From an uncultured Lachnospiraceae bacterium (lineage in GTDB: Bacteria; Bacillota; Clostridia; Lachnospirales; Lachnospiraceae): a stretch of DNA of 64,000 nucleotides. Below the pieces are notes generated by a model that ran no database searches, was not told where the DNA came from, and saw only the letters and a list, made by a program, of their open reading frames with translations. The position numbers and the translations under genes are program-made. The DNA is taken from the NCBI GenBank assembly GCA_902783385.1, contig CACZQP010000071.1, positions 2,311-66,310 of the forward strand. Reading direction: 5' to 3'. Of the stretch, positions 28,900 through 38,221 are shown piece after piece (within the stretch, counting starts at the first letter, position 1; every line of letters starts with the position of its first letter).

Positions 28900-29934
28900 T
28901 CAGAATTCCACTACTACTTTGGTGATATCCTTCTTTTCCGCAAGGTTGCATGCAAATGCTTCTGCGGTCTTCTCAAACGGGAAGATCCGCGGTCCGATCT
29001 TCATAAGATCCACCGTGCCGTTCTCCATCAGCCCGATCGCTTTCTGGAACATGTGGTGATAACGGAACACGGTTCGGATATCAACTTCGAGCCGCGAGAG
29101 CTCATTAAACACATACGGAGTCTCTGCCGTGATATTTCCGACCTGTACAATCACGCCTCCCCGCTTCACCAGCGTCACCGCCTGCACAGCCGTCTTCGGA
29201 GAACCGGCTGTCTCAAAGACGATGTCGACCCCCCTGCCATCCGTCAGCTGTGCGATGCGTTCCGTTGTGTCTTCCTTCGCCGCACAGATCGTTTCATCCG
29301 CTCCCAGAAGCTTTGCCTTATCCAGCCTGTTCTCAAAAATATCCGATACATACACCTTGTCGATCCCGTCTGCACGGCATGCGAGAAGTGTCATCAGGCC
29401 GATCGTTCCGGTCCCGAGGATCGCGGCAGTCTTGCCGGGCCCCGCTTCGCCGCGCGATGCCGCATGCAGCCCAACCGCAAACGGCTCGATCATAGCGCCT
29501 TCCAATGTTGTGATACTATCAGGCAGTCGATATGTCCACGCCGCCGGATACGTCATCAGCTGACGCATCGCCCCCTGGTCCGGCGGTGAAGAAATGAACT
29601 TTACATCCGGACAGATATTATAGCGGCCGCTCCTGCAGAACTCACACTTCCCGCAGGGGATGCCGGGCTCCATCACCACCTTGTCCCCAGGCTTAAGATG
29701 CGTGACATTTTCTCCAACTTCCGAGATGATACCCGCGCATTCATGCCCAAGGATAAACGGCTCCGTCACAACGCGTCTGCCGATTCTCCCGAATTCGTAA
29801 AAGTGCATGTCCGATCCGCAGATGCCGACATGCTTCATCTGGACAACTACATCATCTTTTCCGCAGGGAGCGACATCGCAGTCCCCGATCCTGATATCCT
29901 GCGTACCCATTAAATATGCTGCTTTCGTCTGCAT
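28900..29934 (-). CDS. Zn-dependent polyol (sorbitol/iditol-type) dehydrogenase
   Basis: GICGSDMH, LGHE, CGKCEFC..GRYNIC, GTGTIG. Confidence 0.88.
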   Translation of the reverse strand: MQTKAAYLMGTQDIRIGDCDVAPCGKDDVVVQMKHVGICGSDMHFYEFGRIGRRVVTEPFILGHECAGIISEVGENVTHLKPGDKVVMEPGIPCGKCEFCRSGRYNICPDVKFISSPPDQGAMRQLMTYPAAWTYRLPDSITTLEGAMIEPFAVGLHAASRGEAGPGKTAAILGTGTIGLMTLLACRADGIDKVYVSDIFENRLDKAKLLGADETICAAKEDTTERIAQLTDGRGVDIVFETAGSPKTAVQAVTLVKRGGVIVQVGNITAETPYVFNELSRLEVDIRTVFRYHHMFQKAIGLMENGTVDLMKIGPRIFPFEKTAEAFACNLAEKKDITKVVVEF

Positions 29935-30022
29935 TGTTACCCCCTGTGTCTGTTTCAGTCTGAGGGGCTGCCGCACACCGCGACAGCCCCTTCCCCCAGT
30001 TATTATCCGGGATCAGAACATA

Positions 30023-31231
30023 TTATGAATTTGCCTTGATATCCTCAATGATGGGTCCGAAGACTTCATCGTTGATATACTTCTCATTGATCATGTCTTC
30101 CATTGCCTTGTAGAAGGAATCCATGTCGATGTCGCTCTGCTCGATGACCTCAACGCCGTTGGCTTCCAGAACGCCGATGCCGTCCGCTTCATACTGTGCG
30201 TAAAGTACACCGTAGTCTTCCTCGCCCATGTGCTTCTTCATCTGGCCTGCCATGAGTGTCTTGTAGTCATCCGGAAGCGCGTCCCATGCGGTGGGGTTCG
30301 TGTAGAAGGAAGAAATCAGGTAGCTGTGATCCGTCTTGTAGAACTTATCAAGCTGCTCATAGAGCTTCTGGGAAACCGTGTTTGCAAGCGGGTTGTCCTG
30401 GCCCTGTACGACACCGGTCTGCAGTGCGGTGTACAGTTCGCTGAATGCGATCGGAACAGGTGTGCAGCCCATCGCGCCGATGATGTCTTTCCAGACCTGG
30501 GGCTCCATACATCTGATCTTGATGCCCTTTGCCTTGAACTCATCGGGGCTCTTGCAGAGATCAACACCCTTGGTGGAAAGGCAGCGGGAACCATAGTAGT
30601 TTGCGCCGAGGATCAGGAGGCCCTTTTCTTCCAATGCAGCGTGAAGCTCTTTCGCCTTATCGCTGCTCGCAAGATAATTCAGGATCTCCTCAGGAGTCTT
30701 GAACAGATAAGGGAGCGAGAAAACGCCGAACTCCGGAACATAAGCGGAAATGGAAGAAATGTTGCTGGTCATAAGCTGTGCGGTGTTGTTTCTGACCAGT
30801 TCCAGCGCATCCATCTCAGAACCAAGCTCCTGGTTCCAGTGGATATCCAGTGTAAAGTTACCGCCGGTCTTCTCCGCGATCTCATCGGCCATGTTCTTGA
30901 GAGCGACCGACTGCGGGTTGTCTGCAGGGCTGTTTGCAGCAACGGTCCATACAATCTTGTCTGTGGAAGTAATTGCCACATCCGGATCACCAGCCGGATC
31001 TCCGTCACGATAGACGATGGACGCCGCAGGCTCTGCGACAATCACAAGGTCTGCCGCGGGCTCAGCTGCAGGTGCCTCAGCTGCAGGTGCCTCGGCTGCG
31101 GGCGCTTCGGCTGCAGGTGCAGCCGGTGCAGGTGCTGCTGCCGGAGCGGGGGCTGTCGCGCATGCCGCAAGAGACATCGCCATAGCTCCTGCCACTACAA
31201 GTGCTTCAATTTTCGTGATCATTTTTCTCAT
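30023..31231 (-). CDS. dctP: TRAP transporter substrate-binding lipoprotein
   Basis: Lipobox LAAC, Ala/Pro linker, SLPYLF, KIRCM (conserved Arg), SELYTALQTGVVQGQDNP. Confidence 0.92.
   Translation of the reverse strand: MRKMITKIEALVVAGAMAMSLAACATAPAPAAAPAPAAPAAEAPAAEAPAAEAPAAEPAADLVIVAEPAASIVYRDGDPAGDPDVAITSTDKIVWTVAANSPADNPQSVALKNMADEIAEKTGGNFTLDIHWNQELGSEMDALELVRNNTAQLMTSNISSISAYVPEFGVFSLPYLFKTPEEILNYLASSDKAKELHAALEEKGLLILGANYYGSRCLSTKGVDLCKSPDEFKAKGIKIRCMEPQVWKDIIGAMGCTPVPIAFSELYTALQTGVVQGQDNPLANTVSQKLYEQLDKFYKTDHSYLISSFYTNPTAWDALPDDYKTLMAGQMKKHMGEEDYGVLYAQYEADGIGVLEANGVEVIEQSDIDMDSFYKAMEDMINEKYINDEVFGPIIEDIKANS
31040..31150 (-). repeat. Imperfect 15-nt tandem repeat encoding an (APAAE)n linker in DctP
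   Basis: GCACCTGCAGCTGAG-type units, translated as APAAPAAEAPAAEAPAAEAPAAEPAA. Confidence 0.8.
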
Positions 31232-31277
31232 AATTTCCCTCCAATATGCTTATGAGTTTTCTATCGCACATATACCC

Positions 31278-32579
31278 TTAGAGCATGCCGACCAGCTTCG
31301 GCAGTGTCAGTGTTACTCCGGGGACATATGTAACAACCGCAAGTGCAATGAACATGGGGATCAGCCAGGGGACCACATAGGATACGACCTTCTTGAAGTC
31401 GGTATTGGTACTGCCCGCCAGCATGAACAGTGAGGAGCCATACGGCGGCGTCATCAGACCGATCATCATGTTGAGGACTGTGATAACACCCAGCTGAATC
31501 GGATGAATGCCGACCTGTATTGCCAGCGGCTGCAGGATCGGAACCATCAGGAGCATCGCCGCTGTGGAATCGAGGACCATTCCCATAAACAGATAAATGA
31601 TATTGATCAGAAGCAGGATCAGGTACTTGTTCATCGTGATTGCCGTGATGCCTGCAACAAGCTTATCGCCCAGGTGCTCAAACTGCAGTACCCAGCCGAA
31701 CAGCGTCGCTGCGGACACAATCGACAGCGCCGGGACGATGCCTGCAACCGTGTTGTCGATCGTCTCCCAGACATTGATGGGCTTCATATTCCTGTAAACA
31801 AAGAGACAGATGAACAGCGCATATGTAACCGCCACGCAGGATGCCTCTGTGGGCGTGAAATAGCCTGACATGATTCCGCCGAGAATGATGACGGGAAGGA
31901 GCAGTGCCCAGAAGCTTCTTCTGGTACAGGTGAGAAGCTCCTTCATGGTCGCTTTCTGATGCACCTGATAATGCTTTCTCTTTGCGACCAGATACACACC
32001 GATCCCCAGGATTATGCCAATGACAACACCAGGTCCGATACCCGCGATGAAGAGCGTCCCGACGGAAACGCTTGCGATGGATCCGTAAATGACCATCGGT
32101 ATGGACGGAGGAACGATCGGGCCCATGGTGGCAGACGCAGCAGTGATACCGAAGATCGTCGCTTCGTCGTATCCCTCATCCCGCATCGCTTTAATCTCGA
32201 TATTGCCAAGACCCCCGACGTCTGCAAGCGCCGAGCCGGACATGCCGGAGAAGATGAAGGATGCAAGGATGTTCACGTAGGCAAGGCCGCCCGGAAGATG
32301 CCCCAGCGCGGCGCGGCAGAAATTAAAGATCCTGTCCGTGATTCCGCCGTTGTTCATGACGATCCCCGCCGCCATGAACATCGGGATCGCCAACAGCACG
32401 AAGTTATTCAGCGATCCGTACATTTTGGCGATGATCGCCATGTTGTTGATGCCGCCGTGCAGCCAGGCGTAAGCCAGCCCGCTAGTCAGCAACGCCACGT
32501 ATATTGGCGCGCCGAAAGCAAGAAAAACAACGAAAATGATCAGATAGACCCAAAATGCAAAGCTCAGTCCCATGATCAT
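31278..32579 (-). CDS. dctM: TRAP transporter large permease
   Basis: LLAIPMF, FSGMSGSALAD, IVPPSIP, TPTEA, GLMTPPYG. Confidence 0.93.
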   Translation of the reverse strand: MIMGLSFAFWVYLIIFVVFLAFGAPIYVALLTSGLAYAWLHGGINNMAIIAKMYGSLNNFVLLAIPMFMAAGIVMNNGGITDRIFNFCRAALGHLPGGLAYVNILASFIFSGMSGSALADVGGLGNIEIKAMRDEGYDEATIFGITAASATMGPIVPPSIPMVIYGSIASVSVGTLFIAGIGPGVVIGIILGIGVYLVAKRKHYQVHQKATMKELLTCTRRSFWALLLPVIILGGIMSGYFTPTEASCVAVTYALFICLFVYRNMKPINVWETIDNTVAGIVPALSIVSAATLFGWVLQFEHLGDKLVAGITAITMNKYLILLLINIIYLFMGMVLDSTAAMLLMVPILQPLAIQVGIHPIQLGVITVLNMMIGLMTPPYGSSLFMLAGSTNTDFKKVVSYVVPWLIPMFIALAVVTYVPGVTLTLPKLVGML

Positions 32580-33073
32580 GCCTCCTTTCTGCCGATTCCG
32601 GCCGCTTTAAATGCCGGAATATGCACCTGGACCATCTTCTGGAAATTCCGGACTACATTCAGGATCGAAGCGATCGCCACTACCGAAGAGCACAGACCCT
32701 GGTTCAATCCCAGTGCAAAGGTGTTGGTCACGGAAACATAATCGATATAAATGATCGCGTAGATACTGACCCAGACGAACAGCACGATGGTCACGATATC
32801 CCAGAAGATTGCGAAGGCGCAATCGATCTTTTCGCCGAGTTTCTCGGTCAGGATCGTGATGCGGATGTGTTTATCGTACTTTGTGCCGAACGACAGTCCC
32901 AGGAAGACCATCCAGATGTAACACAGTCTCGCTGCCTCCTCTGTCCAGAACAGCGGCCGATTGGCGACACGGGTGATAATGCCGGCCAGAACCACAAAGA
33001 ACAGTATGACGCAAAAGATGCTCATTCCCATTCTTTCAATGTGTGCATCAAAAAAACGCAACAGCTTCTTCAT
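32576..33073 (-). CDS. dctQ: TRAP transporter small permease
   Basis: Four TM segments, WTEEAAR..IWMVFLG, HIRI. Confidence 0.9.
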   Translation of the reverse strand: MKKLLRFFDAHIERMGMSIFCVILFFVVLAGIITRVANRPLFWTEEAARLCYIWMVFLGLSFGTKYDKHIRITILTEKLGEKIDCAFAIFWDIVTIVLFVWVSIYAIIYIDYVSVTNTFALGLNQGLCSSVVAIASILNVVRNFQKMVQVHIPAFKAAGIGRKEA

Positions 33074-33105
33074 TTAAACCATTCCCCTCTTTTATGAATC
33101 CTGTG

Positions 33106-34029
33106 TTATCCTTTAAACCCCAGCTTTTCCGATACGAGGCGGTAAGCCGGCATATAAAGCCCCATTTTTTCGCCGATCCGCACCGGCTCGTAGATCTGCG
33201 CATCGATCTCGCATTCCCTTCCGGCTGCCCAGTCCCTTTGCATGGAGGTGGTGGCTCCGTATTCCATGTTGTCCACCCTGCTCATAATATCGGCAGTCTG
33301 ATCCTCCTCGTAGACATAACCTTTCATATCCGCGATATTGAGCAGCTCTCGAATGCAGCACGCTATCAGTGCGCGCTGCGGGCCGGGATGCCTGATTTCC
33401 CCCATCGGCGTATTGAAAAAGCAGTTTGTCGCACTGATTGCAGAAACGCACATAAACTTGCGGAAGATATCCTGCCCGATATTGTCGCTGATCTCTACCT
33501 TTACACCCGCGTTGCGGATCGTCTCCGCGAGATTCTCCAGCTCAGCGCTGTGCATGCATCCGCCGCTCAGTTCGCCCATCAGAAGACCGCCGGTGTTCCC
33601 GGCGATGTTGGCGATCACACCCGGCTCCCTGATAAAAGCCGAAATATAGATCGCGCCGCCCAGCACGATTCCCGTGTGAACATGCTCCGCGATGTGCTCT
33701 CCGACGTCCAGGCCGTTGAGGACAGGAAGAATAAAGGTATTCTCATGTGCGGCGCGCTCAATAAACGGATAAAGATCTCCAAGCGAATAGTCCTTCACAC
33801 ATACAAAGATCACGTCAGCCTTGTCCTGATACTCCGCACAGGTCATTGCCTTCGCATCTTTAATGCAGATGTCTCCGAAGGGAGAATCAATGATGCGCAG
33901 TCCATTTTCGCGGATTGCATCCAGATGCTTTCCGCGCGCAATGAACGTCACGTTTTCGCCCTTATAGGCGAGATATCCGCCAAGGCAGCCTCCGACGGCG
34001 CCGGCACCTAACACCAGGAACTTTTTAAT
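33106..34029 (-). CDS. Ketopantoate reductase (PanE/ApbA) family 2-oxo-acid reductase
   Basis: (I)KKFLVLGAGAVG, ARG.H, VCVK, LNG, TSMQRD..GRECE. The likely start is non-canonical ATT at 34029 (ORF track uses GTG 34014). Confidence 0.88.
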   Translation of the reverse strand: MKKFLVLGAGAVGGCLGGYLAYKGENVTFIARGKHLDAIRENGLRIIDSPFGDICIKDAKAMTCAEYQDKADVIFVCVKDYSLGDLYPFIERAAHENTFILPVLNGLDVGEHIAEHVHTGIVLGGAIYISAFIREPGVIANIAGNTGGLLMGELSGGCMHSAELENLAETIRNAGVKVEISDNIGQDIFRKFMCVSAISATNCFFNTPMGEIRHPGPQRALIACCIRELLNIADMKGYVYEEDQTADIMSRVDNMEYGATTSMQRDWAAGRECEIDAQIYEPVRIGEKMGLYMPAYRLVSEKLGFKG

Positions 34030-34107
34030 GATGCCTCTCCTTTCCTCTGTAATGCGCAGTTCTGATCTTCCGCTTACTGCAGCCCGATATCATACATAGA
34101 ATCTATA

Positions 34108-34124
34108 AGCAAATCCCGTGCCAA
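34108..34124 (-). promoter_or_regulatory. sigma54 -24/-12 promoter of the catabolic operon
   Basis: Minus strand TTGGCACGGGATTTGCT is an exact match to TGGCACG-N4-TTGCW. Confidence 0.93.
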
Positions 34125-34232
34125 AGTTCGTCTTCGGTTACACTTTTTTTATAAAACTCCTCATTTTTAGCATTCATATTGTCCCCGCACGGCATTTTAC
34201 ATTTGGCTGTTTACGGAATATAATGAATTTGA

Positions 34233-34287
34233 ACTGTTCAAAATGTCACAGTTGTTCAATTTGTCCCTGATGAACACTTACTGAACA
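34233..34287. promoter_or_regulatory. Candidate upstream activator sequences for the bEBP
   Basis: ACTGT-N10-ACAGT (34233-34252) and TGTTCA-N12-TGAACA (34253-34276), plus an extra TGAACA at 34282. About 110-160 bp upstream of -24. Confidence 0.6.
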
Positions 34288-34308
34288 AACGACCGGGAGG
34301 CGTACGCC

Positions 34309-36327
34309 ATGACTGATTCCGCGCCGATCAGGACTGCCGCAAGACCCACCGAGGATCTCCTTCAGAGGAAAAAGAAAGCCTGGGAAGACTTTTTTGATCA
34401 CGGCATTGAGCCATCCCCGGACATCATTCCTCCAGCTGTTCTGGACTCCTGGAAAAGGAGTCTCTCCTATGGCCTGAATCCGCGGGGCATCACCCCAAAA
34501 TACGATTCTCCCGATGAATTTCGCAGACGCTTTGCGCGCATGCGCGATGTCGTTAACGCCTCGACTCTTCTTTTCGAAACACTCGTCCGGGAATCAGGAA
34601 GCGGCCGCGTATCCATTGAGCTGTATGATAACGAGCTGGTACTCCTGCATATCTTCGGCGACTCAGAACACATACGCAAGGTTCACAACCCCTATATGAA
34701 GCCGGGACTTTACCGGGGCGAAAACTACGCCGGCACAACCTCCATGGTCTTTGTCATGAAGGATCGCAAGCCGTACCGTCTGGTCGGCCAGGAGCATTTT
34801 GGCGCAGGACTTGATACCAGGATCTGCACGGCTGTTCCCATCTGCGGGAACAACGGCGAGATTCTCGCAATCGTAAACCTGGCGGAACGCGTCGGCGCTG
34901 TCGAGGATGGTGATTTCACCATGGTAACGCTCCTCGCGCTCGCAAAGGGCGTAGAGTACAATCTTCAGCAAATTCAAATCCGACGTGACCTGCTCGACGC
35001 AAACGCCTTCAACCAGGTCGTCGTCAATGAGCTCGCGAGCGGCGTTATGCATTTGCTGCCGGACGGCAGCATCCGTCAGTCCAATAAAACACTGGATGTC
35101 CAGCTCTATCCGTCTGGCGGCTCCGCGCAGGGCAGAAGTATCCGGGATGTCCTCGGAGAGGATAATCCGGTTACCCGCATGCTCGAGGAAAGGAATTTTT
35201 CCGTTGCCCGCGAGGCGCTGCTCACTGTTGGAGGACAGCCGAAACGCTGTTCCATCATGCTGCATCCTATCTACTCCGCCTCAAACGATTACCGCGGCGC
35301 TGTGGCAGTTCTAAATTTTCTTCCGGACATCCAGGGCGCCGTGGAAAGCCGCAGCGGCTGGAACGCAATCTTCACACTGGAAAGTATTGTGGGCGAGAAT
35401 CGCCTGTTCCGACGTGCGGTGGAAATTGCACGGCAGACAGCCACCATCTCAGCCAACACCTTGATAGAAGGAGAAAGCGGCACCGGGAAAGAGGTTTTCG
35501 CTCAGGCGATCCACAACGCAAGCGCCTATCGCAATGGACCTTTTGTCAGCATCAACTGTGCCTCCATCCCAGCCTCGCTTTTTGAAAGCGAGTTGTTCGG
35601 TTATGAGGGCGGCGCCTTTACAGGTGCCGGCAAAAAAGGACAACCCGGCAAATTTGAACTTGCCAACGGAGGCACCATCTTTATGGATGAGATCAATTCT
35701 CTGCCGCTCGATATGCAGGCAAAGGTCCTCCGGGTTTTACAGGATAAGCGCGTCACTCGCGTGGGCGGCACAAACAGCAAGCGGCTTGATCTGAAGATCA
35801 TCGCCGCCAGCAATGCAGATCTGTTTTCACTTGTTAAAAAAGGAATGTTTCGCGATGATCTCTTTTATCGCATCAATGTTATCAAAATAGATATCCCGCC
35901 GCTTAGGGAGCGCAAAGACGATATCCCACTGCTTGTCGAATATACCTTAAAGCGTCCCGGCAGCTATCATGCCGGTGCCGTGTTCTCGCAGGATGCAATG
36001 GACGAGCTCTGTCGCTATGACTGGCCCGGCAATATCCGTGAACTGGAAAATGTGATCGAACGATCATTGATCAACATGACAATCCGCGGCGATACGATCG
36101 TCAGGGCGGACGACATCGCAATCCTGCAGCCCTCCAATACTCCACGCCCCACCGAGGAGCAGGACACCTTGCGGCGAAGGACCCCCGGCAGGAGACATCT
36201 CACCTCGGAAGAGGTGCAGAGCGCCCTTATGGCTACGCAAGGAAATATTTCCAAGGCAGCGCTTAAGCTTGGCATCTCCCGTAACACACTGTACAAATTC
36301 ATCCGGGAGAACAACATCACCATCTGA
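34309..36327 (+). CDS. sigma54-dependent Fis-family activator (AcoR-like GAF-PAS-AAA+-HTH)
   Basis: DSWKRS, E..AGT, GESGTGKE, ESELFG..GAFTGA, FRDDLFYR, WPGNIREL, LGISRNTLY. Confidence 0.95.
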   Translation: MTDSAPIRTAARPTEDLLQRKKKAWEDFFDHGIEPSPDIIPPAVLDSWKRSLSYGLNPRGITPKYDSPDEFRRRFARMRDVVNASTLLFETLVRESGSGRVSIELYDNELVLLHIFGDSEHIRKVHNPYMKPGLYRGENYAGTTSMVFVMKDRKPYRLVGQEHFGAGLDTRICTAVPICGNNGEILAIVNLAERVGAVEDGDFTMVTLLALAKGVEYNLQQIQIRRDLLDANAFNQVVVNELASGVMHLLPDGSIRQSNKTLDVQLYPSGGSAQGRSIRDVLGEDNPVTRMLEERNFSVAREALLTVGGQPKRCSIMLHPIYSASNDYRGAVAVLNFLPDIQGAVESRSGWNAIFTLESIVGENRLFRRAVEIARQTATISANTLIEGESGTGKEVFAQAIHNASAYRNGPFVSINCASIPASLFESELFGYEGGAFTGAGKKGQPGKFELANGGTIFMDEINSLPLDMQAKVLRVLQDKRVTRVGGTNSKRLDLKIIAASNADLFSLVKKGMFRDDLFYRINVIKIDIPPLRERKDDIPLLVEYTLKRPGSYHAGAVFSQDAMDELCRYDWPGNIRELENVIERSLINMTIRGDTIVRADDIAILQPSNTPRPTEEQDTLRRRTPGRRHLTSEEVQSALMATQGNISKAALKLGISRNTLYKFIRENNITI

Positions 36328-36358
36328 CTGCCGGCTCATTATCTGTGTTTTGCCACCC

Positions 36359-38221
36359 TTAAGCCGTCACGATGTCCTTGATTCGAATATCATTGTCTTC
36401 GCAGACTACCTGCGGCAGCTCCTGCTCCGCAAAGGCGATGAGAATTGTCGTCGGCGCACACGCTCCGGCAGCCGCAGACATACCCTGATGCAGCGTGTCC
36501 AAACTTCTCTCGGTCGTATGGGCGGCTCCATATTCCGCCAGATACCGGTCATAATATCCCCCGCCGTGCCCGAGCCTTCCGCCGTCCCTGTCAAAAGCAA
36601 CGCATGGAACCAGGATCACGTCGATCTCTTCCGGTGTAACTATATCGGATTTATCTTTTACGGGAGACTGTATGCCGTATGGGCCCTTTTCCCATGTATC
36701 CGGCCCGTGCGGTACCGCAGCGTGCATCACGCCGCCCGCCGGGGCGACCGGAAACGCGATGCGCTTTCCCTGCCTCCTTGCCCATTCGTGGAATTCCGAC
36801 AGATCCGCCTCATCCCACGCTGCAGCGTAGGAAAAGATCGTTCCCGCCTCCTGCAGCGCCGGCATACTTTTCAGTCGTTCGCATATGATATGGTTCTTTT
36901 CGGCCCGCAGCGCATCGGTGAGCACCCGGCGGCGTGCGAGCGCAACCCTGCGCTGCGCTTCCTTGCAGGGCACGCGGAAATTCCTGCGCACATCGCCAGC
37001 CAGATACAGCGAACCGAAGGCGACGACCGGGGCGCCTTCCGCGAGCGCGCGCCGAAGCGCCTCCTGCATGTCTGTGACCGCCTCTGCCTGCGCTCCCCGC
37101 TCCCGCAGTCGCTTTGCCAGTTCCTCTCCCGGCATCGCACGCGGCGAATCTGGCGTCACGCAGACATATCTCGCGCCGCAGGGCGCAAGAGTATCCAAGA
37201 TCTTCTCCACATCCTTGTCCGCAAGGATCCCGATCAGAAACGTGACCTGCTGCCCGGGAAGGTACGCATTTAAGGACTCCGCAAGCGCCTCCGCGCACTG
37301 GGGGTTGTGCCCGCCGTCCAGAATAAGGAGCGGCTCCCTGCAGAGGACTTCGAACCGCGCCGGCCACTGCACGTCGGCCAGCCCCTCCTCCACGGCTTCC
37401 TGCGGAACCGCAAAGCCCCGCTCCCGCAGCACGTCGATCACCGTCAGCACGGTCGATGCGTTGCGCAGCTGGTACTCCCCGAGAAGGGAGAGCCGGTATG
37501 TGTTTCCCCGCACCGAAAAGCGCTGTCCGGAGAGGTCTTTTTGGAACGGCGTGATCTCTGCGTGACGCGCAATGTGCAGCCGGCATTTCTTCTCTTCACA
37601 AATGCCCCGGATGACCCGCAGGGCCTCCTCGTCGCTCTCGTAGCAGACGACATCGCTCCCGTGCTTGATGATGCCGCCCTTTGCTGCGGCAATCTCCGGG
37701 AGCGTATTCCCGAGATACTCCGTGTGCTCCAGCCCGAGGTTCGTGATGACCGCCACTTCCGGCGCGTCGATCACGTTCGTGGAATCAAAGGTCCCGCCCA
37801 GGCCGACTTCCAGCACGACAAAATCGCACCTCTCTTCCGCGAAATATACCATCCCGATCGCCGTGATAAGCTCAAACTGGCTGGGGTGATCCTCCATGGC
37901 ATCCGCCTGCGCCGCGACCTGCGCGGTGATGCGGCAGAGCGCCTCCTCTGTGATATATTCTCCATTCACCTGGATCCGTTCACGGAAATCCTCGATATAT
38001 GGGGACGGATAAAGCCCCGTCCGGTAACCCGCGGCGCGCAGGATCCGCTCCAGCATGGCGCAGGTCGATCCCTTGCCGTTGCTTCCCGCCACATGAATAA
38101 AGCGGAGGCGCTTCTGCGGATCTCCGAGCCTTCGCAGCAGTTCCTCCGTCCGTCCGAGCCCCAGCTTCCACTGGCTCCAGGTATGCCGGTTGATATATTC
38201 GATTGCTTCCTGTACCGTCAT
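36359..38221 (-). CDS. folC: Fusion of folylpolyglutamate synthase and 5-formyltetrahydrofolate cyclo-ligase
   Basis: HVAGSNGKGST, LEVGLGG.FDSTN, DGGHN, FGSLYL, then in frame VPCVAFDRDGGRLGHGGGYYDRYL. Confidence 0.9.
   Translation of the reverse strand: MTVQEAIEYINRHTWSQWKLGLGRTEELLRRLGDPQKRLRFIHVAGSNGKGSTCAMLERILRAAGYRTGLYPSPYIEDFRERIQVNGEYITEEALCRITAQVAAQADAMEDHPSQFELITAIGMVYFAEERCDFVVLEVGLGGTFDSTNVIDAPEVAVITNLGLEHTEYLGNTLPEIAAAKGGIIKHGSDVVCYESDEEALRVIRGICEEKKCRLHIARHAEITPFQKDLSGQRFSVRGNTYRLSLLGEYQLRNASTVLTVIDVLRERGFAVPQEAVEEGLADVQWPARFEVLCREPLLILDGGHNPQCAEALAESLNAYLPGQQVTFLIGILADKDVEKILDTLAPCGARYVCVTPDSPRAMPGEELAKRLRERGAQAEAVTDMQEALRRALAEGAPVVAFGSLYLAGDVRRNFRVPCKEAQRRVALARRRVLTDALRAEKNHIICERLKSMPALQEAGTIFSYAAAWDEADLSEFHEWARRQGKRIAFPVAPAGGVMHAAVPHGPDTWEKGPYGIQSPVKDKSDIVTPEEIDVILVPCVAFDRDGGRLGHGGGYYDRYLAEYGAAHTTERSLDTLHQGMSAAAGACAPTTILIAFAEQELPQVVCEDNDIRIKDIVTA

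Noticed and set aside
23407-29934. Firm assignment as sulfoglycolysis
   Set aside because: No sulfoquinovosidase, recognisable SQ isomerase or sulfonate exporter is present. It is kept only as one hypothesis.
21860-36358. Calling the sigma54 block a defined mobile element
   Set aside because: No integrase, transposase, tRNA target or flanking direct repeats were seen, so mobility is only inferred.
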